Positions 1-17,000 of a DNA stretch of 64,000 nucleotides are shown piece after piece (the first letter of the stretch is position 1; the number at the start of each line of letters is the position of its first letter). The DNA is taken from contig OZ024743.1 of the NCBI GenBank assembly GCA_964016885.1, positions 258,726,001-258,790,000 of the forward strand. Direction: 5' to 3'. Source of the stretch: Eledone cirrhosa. Its lineage: Eukaryota. The notes below the pieces were generated by a model. That model worked only from the letters and a program-made list of their open reading frames with translations, did no database searches and had not been told where the DNA came from. Made by a program: the position numbers and the translations under genes.

Positions 1-290
1 CAACATAACTTTACATTGAAAGGGGCGGTGTGGATGGGGTGGTGGTGGTGGGACGGGGGGGGGGGGGTATTTTGTTAGAGATGCCTACTGACTGTAGTAG
101 GTTTTACTTTGTATTTAGGTAACACGGGTCTTCTCTATTACTGAGTACTGCCAAAGCTCTCGGTCCAGTGACATTGTCTTGGAGAGGTGTAAGTGTGTGA
201 GGTCGGAATTTATCAGCTCGTCCCAGGTTTTTCTGGGTCTGCCTACTCCGTGGCTACCGTCTATCTTTATTGCCCTGCACTTTGTTATAC
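1..290 (-). mobile_element. RTE-clade LINE 3' fragment (same family as 36531-38235)
   Basis: Reverse complement matches 37685-37970 (GRPRKTW motif region and start of 3' UTR). Confidence 0.85.
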
Positions 291-304
291 ATATATATAT
301 ATAT

Positions 305-750
305 AATTAATTAGAATATGTGTTAGTTTATGACCGACACTTTACTATGCAGGGTAGAGCACTCAACGAAGTACACAAGTGGGTCTGTTTTCTCTGGAGT
401 ATATTTATAATCATGAAGTACAAGTCAATGGGTTATAAGTCACTTCGTGAATTCATAATCGCAGTTATATATATTTCGGTGATAACAGTTATGCAATAGC
501 TATGACCTCAACAGACAGCTAGAAGTTGAACAGAAAAACATAAAGAAGAAATAAAGCTTACTTCTGCTGTTATGATTCATTGATATGCCCCGGACTAATA
601 TTCATTGATATGCCCCAGTGCTTTCTCAAAGCAACATATGAGGTCATAACTGTTGCATAACGGTTATCACCAAAATATATATAACAGCGATTATGAATAA
701 ACGAAGTGAATTATAACTTGTTGACTTGTACTTCATAATCTATACTATAA
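305..750. mobile_element. Non-coding inverted-arm element with degenerate HHR (461-519, minus)
   Basis: 405-510 is inverted at 636-745. Minus strand reads GCTGT-CTGTTGA-GGT..ACC-GAAA-TATATA-TA-ACTGC (ACAGC in the other arm). Begins at a (TA)n tract. Confidence 0.6.
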
Positions 751-939
751 AGCTGACGGCCGTATTTAAGTAACAAACTTTCCGCCTTGCGACTGGAACA
801 AACGGCACCAAATTTGCACCATAGATGTAACTTTTTCCAAGTAAGAAAGTGAGGGTATTTTTGTCTACTGAATTTTGTTAAAAGATTAAAGACATTATTC
901 AAATATTCACTTCTTTTAAATTTTCAAATGTCAACACTT

Positions 940-1120
940 CCGGTTATACAACATTCCTAACGTCTTCACGAACCAAAGTATCATCTTCCTGTTTTCTTTC
1001 GGTTGCAACGTTTTTCGAAATATTTGCTTCTGCGTTCACAGATTGATTTTTTAGTTTCAGAAGATCCCGTTAAGGGTGAAAGCAGCGATTCTTTGCTTAA
1101 ACTTTAATCTGTTATTTTAA
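940..1120 (+). mobile_element. PLE pseudo-LTR fragment, family P
   Basis: Matches the terminal repeat of the PLE at 57262-60070. HHR-like motif at 1053-1103. Ends in (TA)n. Confidence 0.8.
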
Positions 1121-1144
1121 TATATATATATATATATATATATA

Positions 1145-1312
1145 ACGGAGGAAATGTGGTAAGGAACCAGGTGGACCATAACGCACCAAAGTACTCAATA
1201 CTTGAGGTAGTAGAGTGGGTAATAGGAACCAGTAAGACCCCGACAGCTGAGCTCAAGCCGTTTCGACGGCTAATAACGGCTTGAGCTCAGCTGTCGGGGT
1301 CTTACTGGTTCC

Positions 1313-1313
<1 letters not shown>
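1145..1313. mobile_element. (TA)n-flanked fold-back element, family B (second copy 45815-46010)
   Basis: About 40-bp inverted arms (1222-1262 / 1275-1313), with (TA)n on both sides. Confidence 0.7.
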
Positions 1314-1344
<31 letters not shown>

Positions 1345-2508
1345 TATATTTGTGTACAGATATTTTTGCATACACAAAAACAAAATATAAACAAACGTAT
1401 TTATTTCACGAAAGCACGGGTGGCTTATCCTCATTGTTACTGCCGATATGCCACCCAAAAAGTCCTAGCCTGGCCGCAAGATGAGATTTTCCAGAAGAAA
1501 AAATGTTACTAGAGCTACAGAGAGACTAAGCTTCGCGATTACCATCAACAAAGCTCAGGGTCAAACCCTAAATGTGGCTGGCCTTCATCTGGGAAAACCA
1601 ATGTCAATTGTATGTAGGATGCTCTAGGGTGAGCTCGCCAAACAATCTCTTCATCTTTGCTCCCGAGTGCCGAACAAAAAATATTGTATACTCTGAGGAT
1701 CTAACAATGTAATTTATGTATTTTCTGTTACTTGGAATTTCCATTATGGTTGTACAAATTATTGTAAAGTTTGTTAAAAAATGTGTTCTCTGTTCAACCT
1801 TTATTGTTGTAACTATCAATTTTCTTTAATGTACTGGCTGACAAAAGAAATCTACAATGAAAGAACATCTTAAAGTTTACCCAAGCTAAATGTTGTATTT
1901 ATTAACATTTCTATCTGCTGGTTCTTAGCAAGCTTACTGGCGCTTTAGTATGGTATTCAATTCTCATATCGTTTTTGATTGATATGGTGCATATATCGCA
2001 GCTATTCATATGTTTTAAACATTAGATAACGATTGCTGATGTATATTGTACGACAGAATTAGCTGAAAAATATTTTGAATGAACAAATAAAAGAGATATA
2101 AAAGAGAGATGTTTGCTGGTTGGTTCCTTCGCGTATCACACGAAAAAAAACGAAGTGACAATCGGAAAGTATGTACAGGATAGGGATAAGAGTATATCCA
2201 GGAAAGTTTATTGATACTAATTTTATAACACCAAAGATGTATGCTAACCAACCTGACTGCTATTTCTAGCAGGTTGGGAATCAACCATAAGGGATTCTCT
2301 CTCGAGTTCGTTGTCAGTGATGATCGTGTTTCGCGGCCTATATCTCCGATTCCAACGGTGGTTTACACACACACACGCACACGTACAAACGCTCACACAG
2401 GCACACACACGAACACTCACACAGCCACACACACACATATATATATATATACTCACATAGCCACACACACATATATATATATATATACACACACACACAT
2501 ATATATAT

Positions 2509-2567
<59 letters not shown>

Positions 2568-2789
2568 AACACACACAAACATACACACACACAATACACA
2601 CACACTGTAAACAAGATAATGCATTCAATACAGACGTTTTCTCTTATGCCGGTCTTCTCTTATCATTTGTTAACCCTGGCAAAGCTGGATACCTCAGCTA
2701 GTTATATATATGTAACACCTGTCCTTTCATTTCCACTCTCACCACTCTCACAGGCACCAACAGTTGATTCCGTATCTGCCACTCCTTTA

Positions 2790-3333
2790 CCTGCATCCAC
2801 ATGGTCTATACCCTCCGCTGTTCGCTTTGTGGCTCCCTTATTCATCGGACAAACAGGACACCGTTTGACAGACCGTTTTGCTGAACATTTGAGGGATACA
2901 CAACTCGGTATGGATACTCCCGTCGCTGATCATTTCCATTCCCCAGGTCACTCTTCCCTACATGTCTCAGTCCTTGGTGTCCTTTTACATCACTGTTCAC
3001 AGGCCTCGTGCACCAGGACTGAACAGAGTCTGATTTCTCGCTTTGCGTCCTGTTTCCCTCATGGAGTCAACTCCTCTCCTCAATTTCTTTAATATTACAC
3101 ACATACCTTCTTGCTTACTTCTCTACCCTTTGCCCCATCACGTTTACCCCGTCAGTTATCACACACATGCTTGTACATTCACCCCATGGCTCTCTTATGG
3201 TCAGAAACATATACTCTTACAGCTGATACAGACCAACAAAATATGCACACACACCTCTACTTTTCCCTTCACAGCTCTGTATACACACACTCCCTTATAT
3301 TAACATACTTTTGCTCACAGCTTCATACTTACA

Positions 3334-3367
<34 letters not shown>

Positions 3368-3790
3368 CCTTTACTCCCTTATACTCACACATATCCTCTT
3401 AGCTTCATACAGACATATAACAACACACACACATGCATACGCATGCACACACGTATAGCTCTATATACAAAACAATTTTTTTTTTCCATTTCAGGTAGAT
3501 GCGCTCCATCATCCACTTTTCTAAAAAAAGTATATCATACACAAAACACCAGCATCAACAGTTTTCCAAGAGATGGCAACATGAATGAACCTGTTATTTT
3601 TCTCTGAAAACAATTTTTCCAATTCCACCCTACCCGTCTCTTCAATCTTTCTAATTTCTCTTTCTTATGATGAAGGACTAGCGTTCGAAACGTTAAGACC
3701 CTCTTCCAGCTATTACAAGCGTTAAACGAATATATTCCTTCTATATACCGTCCCGATTATGTTGTTATTTCTGTTTACAAGGTATACTTT
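2790..3790 (+). mobile_element. Penelope-like element 3' part: GIY-YIG endonuclease C-terminus plus 3' UTR with HHR-like motif (3663-3697)
   Basis: LFIGQTGHRLTDRFAEHLRD...PVADHF..GH...GVN peptide. A paralog lies at 7043-7900 on the minus strand. Confidence 0.85.
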
Positions 3791-4532
3791 GCCTCTCATC
3801 CTTTCAAAATCAATAAAAAAAAAAGTACCTGTCCAGAACTAGTGTTCATTCTTCCTTTCTATTGAGGAAATGGGCTCCACCATATTTAAAATACCCAAGA
3901 GATGGTGTATGTCACTACAGAGCCCTTGCGTGTCTATCTAGAGCACATGTCCATACATACATACATGCATCCATACACAGGTCCCTACATACACAGATCC
4001 TTGCGTACACAGATACATACATATATACAAACATGATGATGAATTCTGCATCTCCATTTTGAGATTTGCTATCACTTGATCCCTTTCTCAAACATGGGTG
4101 TCACAAACATGCACGCATGCATACATACATACGTACATACATATGTACATATATTTTTTTCTCCCTTTTTCTGTTTATTCCTGAAAAGCAAACATTGTTT
4201 TAATTTCAATACAACAAAATGTTACAAAGGTAAATCTTGATGTGTTCATGGACACTTGCTGGAGATTTCCATACAAATGTTCAGTTAATCTTTCTTTATG
4301 ACAAAATTTGTGATATCGTTCTTGAGTTCTGGTAGATGGGATTGTTTGGAGTAAATTTGAACTTCAGTGTTTTACATAGAATATCGATTCAATATCATTT
4401 AATTGATTTGATAAGTTTATGTATATATACTTCATTTTTTGTATTTGGCAGCCATGACCCTCCTAAAGTATAACTATATATGCTAGCGTGGAAGAACGGA
4501 TGTAAAACGGTGACGATGATGATATATATATA

Positions 4533-4886
4533 GAGGAGGCACATGGCTTAGTGGTTAGAGCATTGGCCTTGCAATCGAAAGGTTGTGAGTTCAATTCTCA
4601 GACCGGGTGATGTGTTGTTTCCTTGAGCAAGACACTTTATTTCACATTGCTCCAGTTTACTCAGCTGTAGAAATGAGATGATAGGGACTGGGTCCCTATC
4701 ATTCTACTGCAAAATGGTCGTGGAAGTGCCACGGCAAAAAAGCACCCAGCACTCATTGTAAATGAGGTTGGTGTTAGGAAGGGCATCCAGCTGTTGAAAT
4801 CAAGCCAGAATCAGTTCCCGTCCTACCCTTGCAAGCAGGGAAAATTGGATGTAAAATGATGGTGATGATGATGATGATGATGATGA
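4533..4886 (+). mobile_element. tRNA-derived CORE-type SINE with RTE-derived tail
   Basis: A box TGGCTTAGTGG, B box GAGTTCAATTC, CORE-like CCTTGAGCAAGACACTT..CAGTTTACTCAGCTGTAGAAATG, tail CCCTTGCAAGCAGGGAAAA..(TGA)n. Confidence 0.85.
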
Positions 4887-4911
4887 TATATATATATATA
4901 TATATATATAT

Positions 4912-5940
4912 AATAATATTAATAATAATAAATTTGAAGACTAAATCCAAAGAGGGCTCGATAAGGATAAATATATATCAAATATATAAGAACCGTAGAG
5001 CAAATATTTATTAAAATAACAGATTAAAGTTTAAGCAAAGAATCGCTGCTTTCACCCTTAACGGGATCTTCTGAAACTAACAAAGTCAATCTGAAACGCA
5101 GAAATGGATATTTCAAAAAATGTTGCAACCGGAGGAAGACAGGAAGACGATACTTTGGTTCGTGGAAACGTTCCCTGGCAAAGAACGGGAAAAAACGAAT
5201 ACGTCATTAATAGGAGCGGTGAAAAACAATTACGCGCAAAGACAGAACCACGTTTATGATATAAAAGAGGTCGTAGACTAATGTTCTCTTAGGTGGTGCA
5301 TAGAGATGTTCTCTGGCAATGAACGAAAAAACGAAGATAATACGTCATATGTGGAACGTGGAGAACAATAGGACGTTTTGCGTATGCTTGTGTATGTACG
5401 TATTTGTTTGCGTGTATGTTTTTATTTCTATTACTTCTGTATTGTATTTATTTCTATTACTTCTGTATTTATTTACTTTGTTCTTAACTCTGTAGCGGAG
5501 ATTCATTCGGTCTCCTTGTTAGAATTTTAGTCTACGCCTTCTGCTATACCATTTACGTGGTTTTGTCTTTGCGTGCTATTGTTCTCCACGGTCCACATAT
5601 GACGTATTATCTTCGTTTTTTCGTTCATTGCCAGAGAACGTCTCTATGCACCACCTAAGAGAACATTAGTCTACGACCTCTTTTATACCATAAACGTGGT
5701 TCTGTCTTTGCGCGTAATTGTTTTTCACCGCTCCTATTAATGACGTATTATTCGTTTTTTCCCGTTCTTTGCCAGCGAACGTTACCACGAACCAGAGTAT
5801 CGTCTTCCTGTCTTCCTCCGGTTGCAACGTTTTTTGTAATATCCAGTTCTGCGTTTCAGATTGACTTTGTTAGTTTCAGAAGATCCCGTTAATGGTGAAA
5901 GCAGCGATTCTTTGCTTAAACTTTAATCTTTAATCTGTTA

Positions 5941-5947
<7 letters not shown>
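4912..5947. mobile_element. Family P non-coding insertion: two pseudo-LTR arms head-to-head
   Basis: 5010-5370 is the reverse complement of 5575-5947. HHR-like motifs at about 5027-5077 (-) and 5872-5922 (+). (TA)n on both sides. Confidence 0.85.
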
Positions 5948-6025
<78 letters not shown>

Positions 6026-6422
6026 GATATTAAACAAATGGAAACTACATTTATAAAACCATATTTATTTCATTATATATATTTCAGGGATATGATATTA
6101 AAAATATGGTATGACAAAATACAATATATAAACAGTTTTATAAATAAATTTGACATACCTTAAAACTTTACAACTTCCATTTAAAAAAGTTGTTATGGTA
6201 GTGAAAATGTTAAGGACAGTTATATATTGTATTTTGTCTGAAGAGGGCATACCATATTTTTAATATGATATCCCTGAAATATATATAATGAAATAAATAT
6301 GGTTTTATAAATGTAGTTTCCATTTGTTTAATATCATAAAATACTCCAAAACTTGTTGAGTGCTTTTATATCAGTTATAAAATATTTACTCGTTGTAACC
6401 CAACAATTTTAAATAAAACTTT

Positions 6423-6425
<3 letters not shown>
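6026..6425. mobile_element. (TA)n-flanked inverted-arm element with type I HHR at 6230-6295 (+)
   Basis: TATTTTGT-CTGAAGA-GGG..CCCT-GAAA-TATATA-TA-ATGAAATA. 6026-6135 is an inverted copy. Confidence 0.7.
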
Positions 6426-6483
<58 letters not shown>

Positions 6484-6659
6484 TGAGGGCTCTTTCTTTA
6501 GTGATTTCAATCACACATTCAGGCAATGATATACATATATGTATGTATATATATATATCTGATTTCAGTTTGACAATCGCCACAGGCAGACGAATGCAAG
6601 AAAGTTCTCCAGCCCAAGTTAACCAGGAATCTTTAAAATTCTTCCCACTGAAGTTATCA

Positions 6660-7900
<1,241 letters not shown>

Positions 7901-9046
7901 TAGGGGATATCCACGCTGGCTGAAGCAGGAAGCCATTCGAAGGGAATGGGTTTCGAAATCATCGTCCTGGCTTCAGAGTCGACGAAGAAGGAGGAATTGG
8001 GAATAGGGTATCGAGTGTTTGGTGTAGGTTGGATGGGAGGAATATATATATATAAATAGAGTGATTGTACCCTGAGCTGATTGATATCAAAACAATTGTA
8101 GTAGGCAAATAAAATGTGTACATATGCTGCAACACTGACTTTGTCAATTTTAAATCTATTTACACTCTGCACAGTACAGCTATAACACTGGAATACAAGC
8201 CAAGCAAAACAGACCTCGTAACAGCACCAAGTTCCCTCAAACAGCTATAACTTTTGTGACACACGTAACTAACATGTATATATCGAGTTTGAAGGACGTG
8301 TGTATAAGAATTCATAGAATAATGAGATAAACTCAACGCAAGGCAGCTATTAAAACAGCATTCAGCCATCAGTGACAGCATCAGGTAAAATTTAATTCAA
8401 AGGATAGAAATCAGCGGCTAAAAGTGTGTTGGCCAACAGAAGTGATAGGAAGAAAGGAGAAAAGGAAGAAAATGGATGAGAGAAGTTCACACATTCTTTC
8501 ATTCTTTCTCTCTCTTTCCCTCACTCTTCCCTTCCTCTTACTTCTTCTTTTGTCTACTTCACTCTGCTCCTACCTGCCGCTCTTGCTCATAACTTCCATT
8601 TGCTACCAACTCCACAACCAGTACTTTTGTTGTCTTTTCTAGCAGTGACCTGGTGCTGAGTGGACACGTGTTATTTTTTTCTCTCTCTGACCTGTCTGTC
8701 TAGCTAATATTTTCTTGTCTCATGCAAACACGATACACACAGAAATATTTATTTTCTGTTGCATGAGCCGACTATTTTACGGGGTACTTTTAGTTAAATC
8801 GTGTGAAACCACAGCCAGTATAAAAGCTGATGATGTATATAAATGTTTGTGTTATCTCTCATCCATTTTCTTATTTTTATCCTTTTTTCCTGTCATTCTG
8901 ACTTCTGCAGACCAACACAATTCTAGCCACTGATTTCTATCCTTTGAGGTAAATTCTACCCAATACTGTCACTGACACCATTTTGTTGTTTTAACAGCTT
9001 CCTTGCATTGAGTTCTTCTCATTATTCCATGAAATATATATATATA

Positions 9047-9170
<124 letters not shown>

Positions 9171-9440
9171 GGTAAGTTATTCCAGGTTGAATCAGAGGTA
9201 ACCTCAGTAAGTAAGGTACTCAATACATAGCAGAGTATATAAGTTTTAATATAGATGAGATTCTACAGAACTAGAACTGTTTCATTCTTTAGAAATCATC
9301 AGGAATCTGGCTTTCCAAAAATAAATGTTGTGGTATTTATATCTTTTCAGGTAGTAGGAGAGAGTGGGGAGTGGGATGGATGGAAGTCATTGGTTGAAAG
9401 AAAAGGGAATTCATTAAAAGCTAATTCTTTAAGGCTATAA
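9171..9440 (-). mobile_element. HHR element family C (HHR about 9258-9308)
   Basis: Same sequence family as 28745-28950 and 62856-63051. Confidence 0.8.
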
Positions 9441-9444
9441 TTTA

Positions 9445-11300
9445 TATTTATCATCAGCACCGTTTACCCATCTGCCAGATAGTTGAACGTTCGAAAGTAT
9501 ATACTTTCCTTATGAAAATTAACGGCTGAGCTGCCTAATTTGCATATTGAGTGATGGGTAAACGGTGCTGATGATAGCTAACAAGCTTGAAACTAGTACA
9601 TCGTTCCTGTGTCAGTGTTGAACAAAAAGGTGACGTGGTTGCCTTAACACCGTATGGCATAAATTCAGGCTGTTCAGTTTGTTTACAAACGAACAAAGCG
9701 ACGTTAGCGCCGCTAAACTGATACGTGCATATATGTATGTGTACCTGTATGCATATGTATGTATATATGTATATATATATATATATATGTGCATGCTACT
9801 GTACGTCTGTATACATATATGTATGTACGTATACATGCATACTTACATTTAAGTAAGTGCCATACTAAGAGTGAGAAATGAAATTTCGTTTTCATTTTGT
9901 TTCAATTTATCGTTTTCGGTATGCCTGACCGATTTAACTCACTCAATATGCAAATTAGGCAGCTCAGCCGTTAATTTTCATAAGGAAAGTATATACTTTC
10001 GAACGTTCAACTATCTGGCAGATGGGTAAACGGTGCTGATGATAGCTAACAAGCTTGAAACTAGTACATCGTTCCTGTGTCAGTGTTGAACAAAAAGGTG
10101 ACGTGGTTGCCTTAACACCGTATGGCATAAATTCAGGCTGTTCAGTTTGTTTACAAACGAACAAAGCGACGTTAGCGCCGCTAAACTGATACGTGCATAT
10201 ATGTATGTGTACCTGTATGCATATGTATGTATATATGTATATATATATATATATATATATGTGCATGCTACTGTACGTCTGTATACATATATGTATGTAC
10301 GTATACATGCATACTTACATTTAAGTAAGTGCCATACTAAGAGTGAGAAATGAAATTTCGTTTTCATTTTGTTTCAATTTATCGTTTTCGGTATGCCTGA
10401 CCGATTTAACTCACTCAATATGCAAATTAGGCAGCTCAGCCGTTAATTTTCATAAGGAAAGTATATACTTTCGAACGTTCAACTATCTGGCAGATGGGTA
10501 AACGGTGCTGATGATAGCTAACAAGCTTGAAACTAGTACATCGTTCCTGTGTCAGTGTTGAACAAAAAGGTGACGTGGTTGCCTTAACACCGTATGGCAT
10601 AAATTCAGGCTGTTCAGTTTGTTTACAAACGAACAAAGCGACGTTAGCGCCGCTAAACTGATACGTGCATATATGTATGTGTACCTGTATGCATATGTAT
10701 GTATATATGTATATATATATATATATGTGCATGCTACTGTATACATATATGTATGTACGTATACATGCATACTTACATTTAAGTAAGTGCCATACTAAGA
10801 GTGAGAAATGAAATTTCGTTTTCATTTTGTTTCAATTTATCGTTTTCGGTATGCCTGACCGATTTAACTCACTCAATATGCAAATTAGGCAGCTCAGCCG
10901 TTAATTTTCATAAGGAAAGTATATACTTTCGAACGTTCAACTATCTGGCAGATGGGTAAACGGTGCTGATGATAGCTAACAAGCTTGAAACTAGTACATC
11001 GTTCCTGTGTCAGTGTTGAACAAAAAGGTGACGTGGTTGCCTTAACACCGTATGGCATAAATTCAGGCTGTTCAGTTTGTTTACAAACGAACAAAGCGAC
11101 GTTAGCGCCGCTAAACTGATACGTGCATATATGTATGTGTACCTGTATGCATATGTATGTATATATGTATATATATATATATATGTGCATGCTACTGTAC
11201 GTCTGTATACATATATGTATGTACGTATACATGCATACTTACATTTAAGTAAGTGCCATACTAAGAGTGAGAAATGAAATTTCGTTTTCATTTTGTTTCA

Positions 11301-11303
<3 letters not shown>
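9445..11303 (+). repeat. Tandem retrozyme-like array, family D: about 3.7 units of 458-472 bp, each with a type I HHR, plus a short inverted 5' arm
   Basis: CGGTG-CTGATGA-TAGCTAACAAGCTT-GAAA-CTAG-TA-CATCG starts at 9563, 10031, 10503 and 10961. 9449-9554 is inverted. Confidence 0.9.
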
Positions 11304-13200
<1,897 letters not shown>

Positions 13201-13204
13201 TACA

Positions 13205-13752
13205 AGTAAATAGGTACTCAATAAATATACGCATATACGCAGGCACATAAAGACACCTCTACAGGCAGAAAATGTACATACGAAAGAGGTACTCACATAA
13301 CCATAGTGGCCGTATTTCAGGTTGAGGAGGGGTGGGGGTAGGGTGGGGAGGAGGTATAGGGGCCAATAGGGGGAGGTCGTTTTTAGCCATCGGGCTTTAA
13401 CACTGGCTTAAAGTGTTTGAATGTTGCAAAGTTCTTGTGCATGCAGTTCGGGCAGTGTTCAGAGAGTTTGTTCAGTAGCGGGCCTTTGGCGAATAAAATT
13501 TCGTAGCTCTCTGAAATATAAAGGTCGCAGCCCTTGTGTCCTCCGTTGTAAGAGCGCGCTTTCTGGAGTAAAAATCAGACAACACTCGCCTCCTACGTTT
13601 GGGACCTCAAAAGGAACTCCACCCCCTTCACGCTTAATTGGAAAATACTCCAGAAAGCGCGCTCTTACAACGGAGGACACAAGGGCTGCGACCTTTGTAT
13701 TTCAGAGAGCTACGAAATTTTATTCGCCAAGGGCCCGCTACTGAACAAACTG
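13205..13752 (-). mobile_element. PLE C-terminal fragment with 5' inversion
   Basis: Peptide [37 protein letters not shown], typical of the PLE GIY-YIG tail. 13470-13570 is inverted at 13645-13752. Confidence 0.75.
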
Positions 13753-13933
13753 CATATATATACATACATATATACACACACACATATATATATATATACA
13801 CACATATATACATATATATACACATATACACACAAATACACACATATATACATACATACACACATACATACACACATACATATATATATATATGCACATA
13901 CATACATACACATATATATATATACACATATAC

Positions 13934-14000
<67 letters not shown>

Positions 14001-14006
14001 CATATA

Positions 14007-17000
14007 AGAAATTGGAATAAATGCTCTGAAATAGCGATATATATGTGAGTATAGACATAGAATATTCGAAAATATTCTGTATGTTTATAATAAACATTTT
14101 GAAGACCTAATCGCTATAGAATAGAATACGTCACGTATTACAATTAGATTCTCGATAAAAGCAAGGGAAGTGATCTACGCGTTTCATTCTTGTTAGAATT
14201 CATCAGGACTACATATCCAGTGCTTTTATCGAGAATGACACAGCTAGAGACTTATAGAATACTTAGCTGTGTACTGGAACTGGTTTGAAAGAGCGGTTGC
14301 CGGTCCGGCAGAAATTAGAAATTGGAATAAATGCTCTGAAATAGCGATATATATGTGAGTATAGACATAGAATATTCGAAAATATTCTGTATGTTTATAA
14401 TAAACATTTTGAAGACCTAATCGCTATAGAATAGAATACGTCACGTATTACAATTAGATTCTCGATAAAAGCAAGGGAAGTAATCTACGCGTTTCATTCT
14501 TGTTAGAATTCATCAGGACTACATATCCAGTGCTTTTATCGAGAATGACACAGCTAGAGACTTATAGAATACTTAGCTGTGTACTGGAACTGGTTTGAAA
14601 GAGCGGTTGCCGGTCCGGCAGAAATTAGAAATTGGAATAAATGCTCTGAAATAGCGATATATATGTGAGTATAGACATAGAATATTCGAAAATATTCTGT
14701 ATGTTTATAATAAACATTTTGAAGACCTAATCGCTATAGAATAGAATACGTCACGTATTACAATTAGATTCTCGATAAAAGCAAGGGAAGTAATCTACGC
14801 GTTTCATTCTTGTTAGAATTCATCAGGACTACATATCCAGTGCTTTTATCGAGAATGACACAGCTAGAGACTTATAGAATACTTAGCTGTGTACTGGAAC
14901 TGGTTTGAAAGAGCGGTTGCCGGTCCGGCAGAAATTAGAAATTGGAATAAATGCTCTGAAATAGCGATATATATGTGAGTATAGACATAGAATATTCGAA
15001 AATATTCTGTATGTTTATAATAAACATTTTGAAGACCTAATCGCTATAGAATAGAATACGTCACGTATTACAATTAGATTCTCGATAAAAGCAAGGGAAG
15101 TAATCTACGCGTTTCATTCTTGTTAGAATTCATCAGGACTACATATCCAGTGCTTTTATCGAGAATGACACAGCTAGAGACTTATAGAATACTTAGCTGT
15201 GTACTGGAACTGGTTTGAAAGAGCGGTTGCCGGTCCGGCAGAAATTAGAAATTGGAATAAATGCTCTGAAATAGCGATATATATGTGAGTATAGACATAG
15301 AATATTCGAAAATATTCTGTATGTTTATAATAAACATTTTGAAGACCTAATCGCTATAGAATAGAATACGTCACGTATTACAATTAGATTCTCGATAAAA
15401 GCAAGGGAAGTAATCTACGCGTTTCATTCTTGTTAGAATTCATCAGGACTACATATCCAGTGCTTTTATCGAGAATGACACAGCTAGAGACTTATAGAAT
15501 ACTTAGCTGTGTACTGGAACTGGTTTGAAAGAGCGGTTGCCGGTCCGGCAGAAATTAGAAATTGGAATAAATGCTCTGAAATAGCGATATATATGTGAGT
15601 ATAGACATAGAATATTCGAAAATATTCTGTATGTTTATAATAAACATTTTGAAGACCTAATCGCTATAGAATAGAATACGTCACGTATTACAATTAGATT
15701 CTCGATAAAAGCAAGGGAAGTAATCTACGCGTTTCATTCTTGTTAGAATTCATCAGGACTACATATCCAGTGCTTTTATCGAGAATGACACAGCTAGAGA
15801 CTTATAGAATACTTAGCTGTGTACTGGAACTGGTTTGAAAGAGCGGTTGCCGGTCCGGCAGAAATTAGAAATTGGAATAAATGCTCTGAAATAGCGATAT
15901 ATATGTGAGTATAGACATAGAATATTCGAAAATATTCTGTATGTTTATAATAAACATTTTGAAGACCTAATCGCTATAGAATAGAATACGTCACGTATTA
16001 CAATTAGATTCTCGATAAAAGCAAGGGAAGTAATCTACGCGTTTCATTCTTGTTAGAATTCATCAGGACTACATATCCAGTGCTTTTATCGAGAATGACA
16101 CAGCTAGAGACTTATAGAATACTTAGCTGTGTACTGGAACTGGTTTGAAAGAGCGGTTGCCGGTCCGGCAGAAATTAGAAATTGGAATAAATGCTCTGAA
16201 ATAGCGATATATATGTGAGTATAGACATAGAATATTCGAAAATATTCTGTATGTTTATAATAAACATTTTGAAGACCTAATCGCTATAGAATAGAATACG
16301 TCACGTATTACAATTAGATTCTCGATAAAAGCAAGGGAAGTAATCTACGCGTTTCATTCTTGTTAGAATTCATCAGGACTACATATCCAGTGCTTTTATC
16401 GAGAATGACACAGCTAGAGACTTATAGAATACTTAGCTGTGTACTGGAACTGGTTTGAAAGAGCGGTTGCCGGTCCGGCAGAAATTAGAAATTGGAATAA
16501 ATGCTCTGAAATAGCGATATATATGTGAGTATAGACATAGAATATTCGAAAATATTCTGTATGTTTATAATAAACATTTTGAAGACCTAATCGCTATAGA
16601 ATAGAATACGTCACGTATTACAATTAGATTCTCGATAAAAGCAAGGGAAGTAATCTACGCGTTTCATTCTTGTTAGAATTCATCAGGACTACATATCCAG
16701 TGCTTTTATCGAGAATGACACAGCTAGAGACTTATAGAATACTTAGCTGTGTACTGGAACTGGTTTGAAAGAGCGGTTGCCGGTCCGGCAGAAATTAGAA
16801 ATTGGAATAAATGCTCTGAAATAGCGATATATATGTGAGTATAGACATAGAATATTCGAAAATATTCTGTATGTTTATAATAAACATTTTGAAGACCTAA
16901 TCGCTATAGAATAGAATACGTCACGTATTACAATTAGATTCTCGATAAAAGCAAGGGAAGTAATCTACGCGTTTCATTCTTGTTAGAATTCATCAGGACT

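Noticed and set aside
7918-7977. Three-way hairpin resembling an HHR on the minus strand (CAGG-ACGATGA-TTTC-GAAA..CCTG)
   Set aside because: Two core mismatches, no stem II, single copy
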